The position numbers and the translations under genes are program-made. A stretch of DNA of 64,000 bases from Nemertoderma westbladi (taxonomy: Eukaryota > Animalia > Xenacoelomorpha), in the NCBI GenBank assembly GCA_032718475.1, contig JAUCBJ010001327.1, positions 1 to 64,000 of the forward strand, read 5' to 3'. Numbering within the stretch: the first letter of the stretch is position 1; every line of letters starts with the position of its first letter. This document shows positions 13,801 through 25,544 of this stretch, in pieces. Under the pieces are notes generated by a model that saw only the letters and a list, made by a program, of their open reading frames with translations, was not told the origin of the DNA and ran no database searches.

Positions 13801-16800
13801 CCCCCTGTACTGAGTTTATAGGAACTTATCGCCCCCCTGTACTGAGTTTATAGGAACTTATCGCCCCCCTGTACTGAGTTTATAGGAACTTATCGCCCCC
13901 CTGTACTGAGTTTATAGGAACTTATCGCCCCCCTGTACTGAGTTTATAGGAACTTATCGCCCCCCTGTACTGAGTTTATAGGAACTTATCGCCCCCCTGT
14001 ACTGAGTTTATAGGAACTTATCGCCCCCCTGTACTGAGTTTATAGGAACTTATCGCCCCCCTGTACTGAGTTTATAGGAACTTATCGCCCCCCTGTACTG
14101 AGTTTATAGGAACTTATCGCCCCCCTGTACTGAGTTTATAGGAACTTATCGCCCCCCTGTACTGAGTTTATAGGAACTTATCGCCCCCCTGTACTGAGTT
14201 TATAGGAACTTATCGCCCCCCTGTACTGAGTTTATAGGAACTTATCGCCCCCCTGTACTGAGTTTATAGGAACTTATCGCCCCCCTGTACTGAGTTTATA
14301 GGAACTTATCGCCCCCCTGTACTGAGTTTATAGGAACTTATCGCCCCCCTGTACTGAGTTTATAGGAACTTATCGCCCCCCTGTACTGAGTTTATAGGAA
14401 CTTATCGCCCCCCTGTACTGAGTTTATAGGAACTTATCGCCCCCCTGTACTGAGTTTATAGGAACTTATCGCCCCCCTGTACTGAGTTTATAGGAACTTA
14501 TCGCCCCCCTGTACTGAGTTTATAGGAACTTATCGCCCCCTGTACTGAGTTTATAGGAACTTATCGCCCCCCTGTACTGAGTTTATAGGAACTTATCGCC
14601 CCCCTGTACTGAGTTTATAGGAACTTATCGCCCCCCTGTACTGAGTTTATAGGAACTTATCGCCCCCCTGTACTGAGTTTATAGGAACTTATCGCCCCCC
14701 TGTACTGAGTTTATAGGAACTTATCGCCCCCCTGTACTGAGTTTATAGGAACTTATCGCCCCCCTGTACTGAGTTTATAGGAACTTATCGCCCCCCTGTA
14801 CTGAGTTTATAGGAACTTATCGCCCCCCTGTACTGAGTTTATAGGAACTTATCGCCCCCCTGTACTGAGTTTATAGGAACTTATCGCCCCCCTGTACTGA
14901 GTTTATAGGAACTTATCGCCCCCCTGTACTGAGTTTATAGGAACTTATCGCCCCCCTGTACTGAGTTTATAGGAACTTATCGCCCCCCTGTACTGAGTTT
15001 ATAGGAACTTATCGCCCCCCTGTACTGAGTTTATAGGAACTTATCGCCCCCCTGTACTGAGTTTATAGGAACTTATCGCCCCCCTGTACTGAGTTTATAG
15101 GAACTTATCGCCCCCCTGTACTGAGTTTATAGGAACTTATCGCCCCCCTGTACTGAGTTTATAGGAACTTATCGCCCCCCTGTACTGAGTTTATAGGAAC
15201 TTATCGCCCCCCTGTACTGAGTTTATAGGAACTTATCGCCCCCCTGTACTGAGTTTATAGGAACTTATCGCCCCCCTGTACTGAGTTTATAGGAACTTAT
15301 CGCCCCCCTGTACTGAGTTTATAGGAACTTATCGCCCCCCTGTACTGAGTTTATAGGAACTTATCGCCCCCTGTACTGAGTTTATAGGAACTTATCGCCC
15401 CCCTGTACTGAGTTTATAGGAACTTATCGCCCCCCTGTACTGAGTTTATAGGAACTTATCGCCCCCCTGTACTGAGTTTATAGGAACTTATCGCCCCCCT
15501 GTACTGAGTTTATAGGAACTTATCGCCCCCCTGTACTGAGTTTATAGGAACTTATCGCCCCCCTGTACTGAGTTTATAGGAACTTATCGCCCCCCTGTAC
15601 TGAGTTTATAGGAACTTATCGCCCCCCTGTACTGAGTTTATAGGAACTTATCGGCCCCCTGTACTGAGTTTATAGGAACTTATCGCCCCCCTGTACTGAG
15701 TTTATAGGAACTTATCGCCCCCTGTACTGAGTTTATAGGAACTTATCGGCCCCCTGTACTGAGTTTATAGGAACTTATCGCCCCCCTGTACTGAGTTTAT
15801 AGGAACTTATCGCCCCCCTGTACTGAGTTTATAGGAACTTATCGGCCCCCTGTACTGAGTTTATAGGAACTTATCGCCCCCCTGTACTGAGTTTATAGGA
15901 ACTTATCGCCCCCCTGTACTGAGTTTATAGGAACTTATCGCCCCCCTGTACTGAGTTTATAGGAACTTATCGGCCCCCTGTACTGAGTTTATAGGAACTT
16001 ATCGCCCCCTGTACTGAGTTTATAGGAACTTATCGCCCCCCTGTACTGAGTTTATAGGAACTTATCGCCCCCCTGTACTGAGTTTATAGGAACTTATCGC
16101 CCCCCTGTACTGAGTTTATAGGAACTTATCGCCCCCCTGTACTGAGTTTATAGGAACTTATCGCCCCCCTGTACTGAGTTTATAGGAACTTATCGCCCCC
16201 CTGTACTGAGTTTATAGGAACTTATCGCCCCCCTGTACTGAGTTTATAGGAACTTATCGCCCCCCTGTACTGAGTTTATAGGAACTTATCGCCCCCCTGT
16301 ACTGAGTTTATAGGAACTTATCGCCCCCCTGTACTGAGTTTATAGGAACTTATCGCCCCCCTGTACTGAGTTTTTAGGAACTTATCGCCCCCCTGTACTG
16401 AGTTTATAGGAACTTATCGCCCCCCTGTACTGAGTTTATAGGAACTTATCGCCCCCCTGTACTGAGTTTATAGGAACTTATCGGCCCCCTGTACTGAGTT
16501 TATAGGAACTTATCGCCCCCCTGTACTGAGTTTATAGGAACTTATCGCCCCCCTGTACTGAGTTTATAGGAACTTATCGCCCCCCTGTACTGAGTTTATA
16601 GGAACTTATCGCCCCCCTGTACTGAGTTTATAGGAACTTATCGCCCCCCTGTACTGAGTTTATAGGAACTTATCGCCCCCCTGTACTGAGTTTATAGGAA
16701 CTTATCGCCCCCCTGTACTGAGTTTATAGGAACTTATCGGCCCCCTGTACTGAGTTTATAGGAACTTATCGCCCCCCTGTACTGAGTTTATAGGAACTTA

Positions 16801-16801
16801 T
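7813..16801. repeat. 32-bp tandem satellite, ~280 copies
   Basis: Unit GGAACTTATCGCCCCCCTGTACTGAGTTTATA repeated head-to-tail with no spacers. Confidence 0.99.
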
Positions 16802-16979
16802 AACTATAACTTATAACTGATTATATAGATCACGTATACTGGTACAGCACAGGCCTAATTCTGTAATTCCTGAATTCTGTAGGCCATAATTAGCCATGCA
16901 CTGCAGTGCGGACTGCTGGACTGCGGTCCTGAATTAGTTTAGAGGGTCCGTTGGCGCCATACCGCCCTACTACTGTCAG

Positions 16980-18141
16980 ACTGACAAGTCCCTAAAAGGT
17001 GCCACCCTGCTCCATAGCGCGGGAAATTCAAATGATTGAAAGACATGTAATTTGTACTGGAAAGGGTGGCAGATCAGATCTGCTACCTATATTTTGGCGG
17101 TAAATTCAAATCTGTTTTAACGTTGAATACAGAATAGAGTAAGACTAAATGTAATTCATTGAATCAGAATAAATTATTTCTTATCGGTTTAACTCACTCA
17201 TCCGTTATTGTTGTTGTTTTATCTATTCTGGGACTTCGAGCAGCACGTGAACAACTAAACCAGCACGTTAACTAGTCTGGGGCTTCGAGCAGCACGTGAA
17301 CAAATAAACTGGCTGGATACCTAGTCTGGGACTTCGAGCAGCACGTGAACAAAACTAAACCAGCACGTTAACTAGTTTGGGGCTTCGAGCAGCACGTGAA
17401 CAACTAAGCTGACTGGTTAACTATAGTCTGGGACTTCCAGTAGCACGTGAACAACTAAGCTGACTGGTTAACTAGTCTGGGACTTCGAGCAAAATTGCAA
17501 ATTGAGGAGGGGGGGGGGGGGGGGGGGGGTCGGGGGATTTGGCTTAACTTCTATCAGTAAAATGTAAAGAACATTTATTATTTGCTTGTATCAGTTATAA
17601 TTACATCAGAACATTATAATTATAACAATATAGCAGGGAACTGATAGTAAAATATATCGCAGGTAAGCCTACTGTAATAACAATAGGTGTATAATGCTTC
17701 TGCCTATACTGCTATATCTGTCCCAGACATGTACCAGACTAGTTAACCAGTCAGCTTAGTTGTTTACGTGCTGCTCGAAGTCCCAGACTTGTTAACCAGC
17801 CAGTTTAGTTGTTCACGTGCTGCTCGAAGCCCCAGACTAGTTAACGTGCTGGTTTAGTTGTTCACGTGCTGCTCGAAGTCCCAGAATAGATAAATCAACA
17901 ACATTACCGGATGAGTGAGTTAAACCGATAATAAATAATTTATTCTGATTCAATGAATTACATTGGCAGATTGGTCTTACTCTATTAATGTATTCAATGT
18001 TAAAACAGATTTGAATTTACCGCCAATATATAGGTGGCAGATCTGATCTGCCACCCTTTCCAGTACAAATAACATGTCTTTCAATCATTTGAATTTCCCG
18101 CGCTATGGAGCAGGGTGGCACCTTTTAGGGACTTGTGCAGT
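16980..18141. mobile_element. Non-autonomous foldback/TIR DNA element with long inverted arms
   Basis: ACAAGTCCCTAAAAGGTGCCACCCTGCTCC at 16984 is the reverse complement of the sequence ending at 18136. Arms are ~400-500 bp and contain ~50-bp subrepeats (CTGGGACTTCGAGCAGCACGTGAACAA). No ORF, and the TSD is unclear. Confidence 0.85.
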
Positions 18142-18806
18142 ACTGTAAAACCGGCTGACAGGACCAGTAGCAACTGCCAACTATATAACTACCGGTACGG
18201 TACTGAACTACGACAGCACTACCGCATTTTCACGCTCCTGTCAGCAATGAAAGAAAATTTATTTTCTTCGTTTACGGTTTCTGCTCTTGTTAACGGTTTA
18301 ATATGTTAATTAAATACTATGTATTGGTACGACCGACGGCACCGGCAACTGGTATAATCAGATGTAGATGTACATACCAATCTGCCAATACAACAATAGC
18401 AATAGGCCTACCCCTACCAACCATCCATCGACTCGGCAACTGCAACCATGGAAGGTATGCGGACTAACCAGCTGACCGGCATTCTAAGTTCAGGTACCCA
18501 CTACCAGAGTCTAGGCCTACCCAGCTGCCCAGAGAATTGTTGGAATTGAAATCAAACAACTCACCACCAAGGCCGCCTCTGTCTGTTGACCTCGACTTTC
18601 CGTATCGCTGCCGCTATGGGCAAAATAGACTAACCGTAACTGAGGATGAAATAATCCGGTTTTTTAATCTCACTCTGCCATCACCCAGTGCCCGGCGGTG
18701 TTGAAATTGACACGCATAGTACAAGCAGTAGGCCTATTGCTCCGAGTTTCCGGCTGGTCAGGTGCAAAGTGCTGCATCTACATTGCCACACTATAGCTCG
18801 GGCTCA

Positions 18807-19114
18807 TGAGGACGAGTACTGCGTAGACTATATTCCTATAAACCAAAACCATACCTGGCTTCGCCTATTGAACGCATCGGTAGTTATAAAGATCGTCAGT
18901 CTCCGTTTAGGAAAGATATTTAAATACAAAATAGGCCAAGCACAACGAGGCTTATAATGAAGACGAGTACTGCGTTGACTATATTATTATATGAACCACC
19001 TGGCTTCACATATTGAACGCATCCCTAGTTATTATTATTATAAAGATCGTCAGCCTGCGTTTAAGAAATATATTTAAATACAAAACAGGACGAACGCAAC
19101 GAGGCTTATAATGA
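18807..19114. repeat. ~150-bp tandem duplication
   Basis: ATGARGACGAGTACTGCG...CAACGAGGCTTATAATGA occurs twice with divergence. Confidence 0.8.
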
Positions 19115-19326
19115 AGTTTGTTCTACCCTTCCGCCCCGTCAGCCCGGGTGGTAGATGTCGTGGTTATGTATTGGTTGGTGGGAAGGGAAGGGGGGGGGGG
19201 GGGGGTGCAGATTAAAAGGGCTGAACACGTACTGTCCCCCTTTCTTTGATTGATTGGCGGTATGGTTAAATTTCTCAAATACTGATTTTGTGATACAGTC
19301 GCTCAATTTTAAGTGTAATTTTCAAT

Positions 19327-19955
19327 TGTAAGTGTACGCGTAAGCGTAGGTGTATGAGTAGGTGTAGGTGTAGGTGCAGGTGTAGGCATAGCGCGTAGGT
19401 GTAAGTGTACGCGTAAGCATAGGTGTAGGCGCAGGTGTAGGCGTAGGTGTAAGTGTACGCGTAAGCGTAGGTGTATGAGTAGGTGTAGGCGCAGGTGTAG
19501 GTATAATTGTACGCGTAAGCGTAGGTGTATGAGTAGTTGTAGGAATAGCCATTAGCATTGGCGTATGTGTAGGCGAGGTGTAAGTGTAGGCATTGGCGTA
19601 TGTGTAGACGAGGTGTAAGTGTAGGTATAGGCATTGGCGTATGTGTAGACGAGGTGTAGGTGTAGGCGAGGTGTAATTGTAGGTATTGGCGTATGTGCAG
19701 GCGAGGTGTAAGTGTAGGCGAGGTGTAAGTGTAGGTGTAGGCATTGGCGTATGTGTAGACGAGGTGTAAGTGTAGGTGTAGGTATTGGCGTATGTGCAGG
19801 CGAAGTGTAGGTGTAGGTATTGGCGTATGTGTAGGCGAGGTGTAAGTGTAGGTGTAGGCATTGGCGTATGTGTAGGCGAGGTGTAGGTGTAGGCATTGGC
19901 GTATCTGTAGGCGAGATGTAAGTGTAGGTGTAGGCATTGGCGTATGTGTAGGCGC
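19327..19955. repeat. Compound (GTGTAG)n-derived minisatellite
   Basis: Hexamer variants GTGTAG/GCGTAG/GTGTAA with higher-order units containing GCATTGGCGTATGTGTAG. Confidence 0.9.
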
Positions 19956-22517
19956 ATGCGTAGATGTTTTTAGTCTAGTATTTACACCCAAAAAAACTAA
20001 AATAAATGAAAATATAATCCCTGCCGATATTTTGCATCAAAAACTTTGATTAATCATTAAAGAGGTTAAGAAGATTATTAATAACAATACACCACATCGA
20101 TAGATGGCATATCTCATTCAGATGAAATAACAAAATTTTGACGAAAATATGTCAGCTATTTATATAACTCCCTTTACAAAAATACAAACAATATCAACTA
20201 ATTGATAGGCCTTATCGGACTCAATACTGCCACACAGCTTGGAATGCACTATTGCTGCTGGAAAAAATGCTTGAAACATAATTTTATCAATGTTCCTCAT
20301 CATGAATTTACTTCTGTAATTGTAGTGTCAAAATACGCGCAAGACTCTCCGCTTTCAATTGAAATAAGCCGCGTGAGAAATGATTGAGATTAATTGTGTA
20401 TTTGAATGGATTGAAAATTACTCTCCATAGAAACCAAGATAAGAAAATCTCAAAGCACTTTGTAGTGACGTCAAATCTGTAGCAGCCAATCACATCCGAT
20501 TTTCAAATTGGCTTCCCGCCATTTTGACCGTTTCCTCGTGTTCTTACAAAAATCTACCGCTACTCGATCCAGGGCAACTTTTTACCCATTTTTCAATCTT
20601 TTCAATCGCTTCTAGCCCAACAATTATTCGTGCACCTACCCTATTAGCAACCATACATACCACTGTCAAATCAAGGGTCAAACTACTATATAATAAATTC
20701 TAGAACAATAAGAGGTTATTATTAGATTTACATTGGGAGAATTAAATTTCCTAGGGGGCAATTTTCTTGGGGTCAAATATCCGGCGGAAAATTATCCTGG
20801 GTGGCAAAGGACATCGAGGACAATTATTGTTAGACAGGTAATTTTCGTCGGGGCAATTGAAATGTTGACGGGGAGCATGTCCTAGGGTGGTATTAACTTC
20901 CTGGTACAATTAATAGGCCGGGGGGGGGGGGGGGGGGGGGGCAGTACCATAATTTACATATAAATTCATTTAGCTTATAAAGGAGTAGATGGAATGGATA
21001 TTTATTTCCCTGAGCAAAACTGCAAAAAAGAATTGAAATAATTTTTTGCACTTGTAACCTAGTTTGGTACATCCGGTGCATCCTTATTATTAAATATTAT
21101 TATTTAATGTTATAAATATAATTGTTAAAATATAATAATTATTATGGCAAATTAAGAGCAATAATTTGAATAATTAACTGCCCAACGGACAACGCACATA
21201 AATATTAATAATGAAGTTGTAGGGAGGGCCTAAGAGTTTTCGTTATACATGCGTTCAACACACTTGAAGCAATAAATATAATTTACGAAAATAATGTACT
21301 TATATTAATTTTGGGTAATCGAAATGTGAATTTAATATGAATTTTGGAATTAAATGATATTTATACGATCGCTACGCCGTAGTAATTACTCATATTCCCA
21401 AATTAATTTCGTTGCTTCGTACTTTGCATAATTCAAAAGGCCTTGAAGTTACATGCGGCCAATAGGATTAGTTGATTAATCAGAAACACAATCTTTTACG
21501 CCTAGCCTAGTCTCTGTCTCACCAGAGAGGTTGAGTGTTTTTGAAATTACGCCCAGGAATGTTTCCCGCGTATATTGATTTCTCGATTATGCTTCGTAAA
21601 TATTTGAATTGTATTAAAACAATATTACGGTAAAACGCCGTAATTAGAATATCCAAAATATTTGAAATGTCACCATTCAAATTACTAACTTCTATACGAT
21701 AGGTTTTTACTCGTTAAATTCTATGTGGTTCCTAAAGTTATCATTCTTCATTTTCTTTACGAATTTTTTTTTTTAGTTACATATTATATTAATTTTGGGT
21801 TGATTTATAAAAAAAATTTATAATAATCGTCATACAAACCGTTATCACAAAACACGTTTGCTTATAAACAAACACCAGTTATAGCTTGCCTACATGTATG
21901 CATCCATGTGCAATACCTCTTCAAGTTGTTCATGGATTAACATTTGTCACAAAATTGTCATGTTACAATTTGAATAAAACTACATACATTCTTTATTAGT
22001 TACATACAGTTAATATTAATAAGTTAATTCGTGAACCACTAATAAATAAGCACTACTGATGGTAAATGTAGTTGGAAATAGGAAATAATATTAGGGAGTA
22101 GGAAATAATGTTTGTAAAAGCTTTGATTTTGTCGTTATAACGACGAGCTTTTAGCAAAAAAATAGTTGTTGCATGTTCCAGTTGAATCCACGTTTCCTAA
22201 TGGTTATACGTTTCAAACGTCAGCCAATGATTTTGTCTCAATTGAGCTTTAAGTGATGCATTAATATCATCTTGGTGCATTAGCTTAGCAATGCACCGTA
22301 TTAAGGGGAGACAAATTTTATTGTTATAATGTATAAAATAATTAAAAACAAACATTGCAAACAATAGGGAGATAAAAGCCAATTTAAATTACACAGGGAG
22401 AATTTGTTTGTTATGAAGTAATAGTTTCATGACAACATTTTAATTTCCCTGTGTCTTCAATGACCAGTTGCGCAAGATCGGTCTATTCCTACAGCAGCAG
22501 CTGGGCAGTGGATAGGC

Positions 22518-23889
22518 AGAAGGTAATCAACCAACGGCTAGCCATGCAGACAAGGTTGGTGGAAGGTAATCAACCAAAGGCTAGCCATGCAGACAAGGTT
22601 GGTGGAAGGTAATCAACCAAAGGCTAGCCATGCAGACAAGGTTGGTGGAAGGTAATCAACCAAAGGCTAGCCATGCAGACAAGGTTGGTGGAAGGTAATC
22701 AACCAACGGCTAGCCATGCAAACAAGGTCGGCGGAGGGTAATCAACCAACGGCTAGCCATGCAGACAAGGTTGCTGGGAGGTAATCAACCAACGGCTAGC
22801 CATGCAGACAAGGTTGGTGGGAGGTAATCAACCAACGGCTAGCCATGCAGTCAAGGTTGGTGGAAGGTAATCAACCAAAGGCTAGCCATGCAGACAAGGT
22901 TGGTGGAAGGTAATCAACCAAAGGCTAGCCATGCAGACAAGGTCGCCGGAAGGTAATCAACCAACAGCTAGCCATGCAGACAAGGTTGGCGGAAGGTAAT
23001 CAACCAACGTCTAGCCATGCAGACAAGGTCGCCGGAAGGTAATCAACCAACAGCTAGCCATGCAAACAAGGTCGGCGGAGGGTAATCAACCAACGGCTAG
23101 CCATGCAGACAAGGTTCCTGGAAGGTAATCAACCAACGGCTAGCCATGCAGACAAGATTGGTGGAAGGTAATCAACCAACGGCTAGCCATGCAGACAAGG
23201 TCGGTGGGAGGTAATCAACCAACGGCTAGCCATGCAGACAAGGTCAATGGAAGGTAATCAACCAACGGCTAGCCATGCAGACAAGGTCAGTGGTAGGTAA
23301 TCAACCAAAGACTAGCCATGCAGACAGACAAGGTCGGCGGAAGGTAATCAACCAATGGTTAGCCATGCAGACAAGGTTGGCGGAAGGTAATCAACCAACG
23401 TCTAGCCATGCAGACAAGGTCGGCGGAAGGTAATTAACCAACGGCTAGCCATGCAGACAAGGTTGGTGGAAGGTAATCAACCAACGGCTAGCCATGCAGA
23501 CAAGGTTGGCGGAAGGTAATCAACCAACGGCTAGCCATGCAGACAAGGTCGGCGGAAGGTAATTAACCAATGGCTAGCCATGCAGACAAGGTCGCCGGAA
23601 GGTAATCAACCAACGTCTAGCCATGCAGACAAGGTCGGTGGGAGGTAATCAACCAATGGCTAGCCATGCAAACAAGGTCGGCGGAGGATAATCAACCAAT
23701 GGCTATCCATGCAGACAAGGTCGCTGGGAGGTAATCAACCAACGGCTAGCCATGCAGACAAGGTCAGTGGAAGGTAATCAACCAATGGCTAGCCATGCAG
23801 ACAAGGTCGGCAGAGGGTAATCAACCAACGGCTAGCCATGCAGACAAGGTCGGCGGAGGGTAATCAACCAACAGCTAGCCATGCAGACA
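22518..23889. repeat. 43-bp tandem minisatellite, ~32 copies
   Basis: Unit GGAAGGTAATCAACCAACGGCTAGCCATGCAGACAAGGTYGGY, with variation concentrated in the last ~8 nt. Confidence 0.97.
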
Positions 23890-25028
23890 ACAAGATGCAC
23901 GGTTGCTTGATGCCAAAGGCCTTGTGCTGCATGGAAGGGTGAACGTAACGTTTAGGCTGAAAACCTTCCATCAAAGATTGGACATAAGGTTGGCGGTAGG
24001 CGGTGAGGTCGGCATCCTCCAGCGCTATCGCTTCGTCCTCACGCCGTTCTTTCTCTCTAGCCTCAGCTTGGAGATTGGAAAGGAAATCCGAGAAGGATTG
24101 TAGGTCTCCCTCGGCGATGCTCCATTTTATGTAATTTCTTTAAGGCTCGTACATCCACGCCGAATAAATCGCGCTCATATCCTCCATATGTGAAACGCGT
24201 ATAACTGTGCTTAGGGAAACGTCCCGTGAATGTTTCCCTACAGTTATACGCGTTTCACGTATGGAGGATATGAGCGCAATTTATTCGGCGTGGATGAACG
24301 AGCCTGTTTGAATTGACCAGTCGGCCCCATCATGCATGGTCATAATGGTTTACTTGTTGGTTAGGGTGTGGTCAGTCGTCACAGTAATACCATAATTTAA
24401 AGTCCTGGTGACTTACGTGTGGAGTTCGGGAACCAGTTTTGCAATAATCCTCCATAGCGTTGAAACGATCTGGCAACACGGGTAAAGGTCTATCTGCAGT
24501 TAAGTACATCATTGTGTGGTACAAACGTTTGAGTTCCGCTATTGGATCGGGGTGGATGCCTTTGGGGTAATGAGTTTGTTGGGTTTGGGCTGCCGCCACA
24601 TTTAAATACGTTTCTCTGAGGAAGGTAAGTAAATCCTGAAATATAGCCGCGTTGTCGCTAGCTTCTACATCGTTCGCTGACATGGTGTCCCGAATCGCAT
24701 CTTCCTTATCCATCTGGGCGGTATTCTCTCATTGTCTTCGTACATGATAGCGCCACATTTCCATATCTTGCCGCTCATGAACGTCTTCGGAGTATATGAG
24801 GTCGTGTGGATGTCCGGATATAACGAATGGTTTGTATGATCCATCGATTTTGGTGTATCTGTTCATGAAGGCGCGATAGTGAAGTCTTTTTGATATCTCT
24901 ATGGGGGACATTAGCGGTTCCATATACTGTTGTGGTGCTCCGGGTGTCAACAGGTCCTCCATCATCGCTCTCATACCTCGGTAATATTCCTCTGAAAGTT
25001 GTTGTCGCTGCGTATTGATATTATCCAT
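23890..25028 (-). pseudogene. N-terminal part of the accessory ORF3 in element A
   Basis: FLRETYLNVA...YPKGIHPDPIAELKRLYHTMMYLTADRPLPVLPD...YCKTG...LWYYCD matches ORF 45494-46252. Sequence 23900-24120 (minus, one frameshift) translates to IAEGDLQSFSDFL...QPYVQSLM...HPSMQH, matching IELGRTYSLQEFL...QPEAQILM...DPSMVPH of ORF 46682-47425. Confidence 0.85.
24143..24305. mobile_element. 163-bp palindromic MITE inside ORF3 of element A
   Basis: AGGCTCGTACATCCACGCCGAATAAAT... / ...ATTTATTCGGCGTGGATGAACGAGCCT forms a near-perfect hairpin. TSD not clean. Confidence 0.8.
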
Positions 25029-25544
25029 TGAATCGTCTTAGAAGTATCCATTATTGTTATTATAAATAAACAATCGAGGCAACTAAAGCTACTGTGATAC
25101 CGTCTGGGGTTTCACATGTAAGCGGATTCAATTCCCTGCACTACCCAGAAAGAAAGTAGAGAGGTCATAAACCATCTCAAAGGGGCTAGCAGGGCTAGCA
25201 CGTTGGGATAGTGGCAGCAGGGAGTGGCGAGATGGAAATTAATCGGGTAAGTCAATGATGGGAGGAGAAATCAGGTGATTGGAACGCATCTATTGGCCAG
25301 GCCGCTCAATACAGTAGCAGTGATTAATATGTGTTAACAATATAACCATTGTACTTGTGGGTTATGATTCACTTGGTATCTGTAGAGTTGTGAGACCGGA
25401 ACGGTTTTTAACCGTCGTCATTACCGTGCTATTATATTCTGACTGTGCTATTATTATGTTCTGTGATTATAACAACTGACACTAAAAACTCAGTTATTCC
25501 AACAGCCTTCGGCCTCAATATCCAGACCACAGCCTTTCAGCAGC

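Noticed and set aside
7813-16801. CRISPR array (repeat length 32 bp)
   Set aside because: Units are contiguous with no unique spacers, there are no cas genes, and the context is eukaryotic.
17506-17537. Poly-G/C tracts as functional G-quadruplexes (also ~1149, 19190, 20920, 43598)
   Set aside because: Scattered homopolymers with no supporting context, and their lengths are error-prone in assemblies.
19275-19991. Thr/Pro/Tyr/His-rich ORFs in three frames
   Set aside because: Artefacts of a stop-free hexamer repeat.
22518-23889. CRISPR-like array or coding repeat
   Set aside because: The variable part consists of point variants of one ~8-nt sequence. The period of 43 is not a multiple of 3, and no long ORF spans it.
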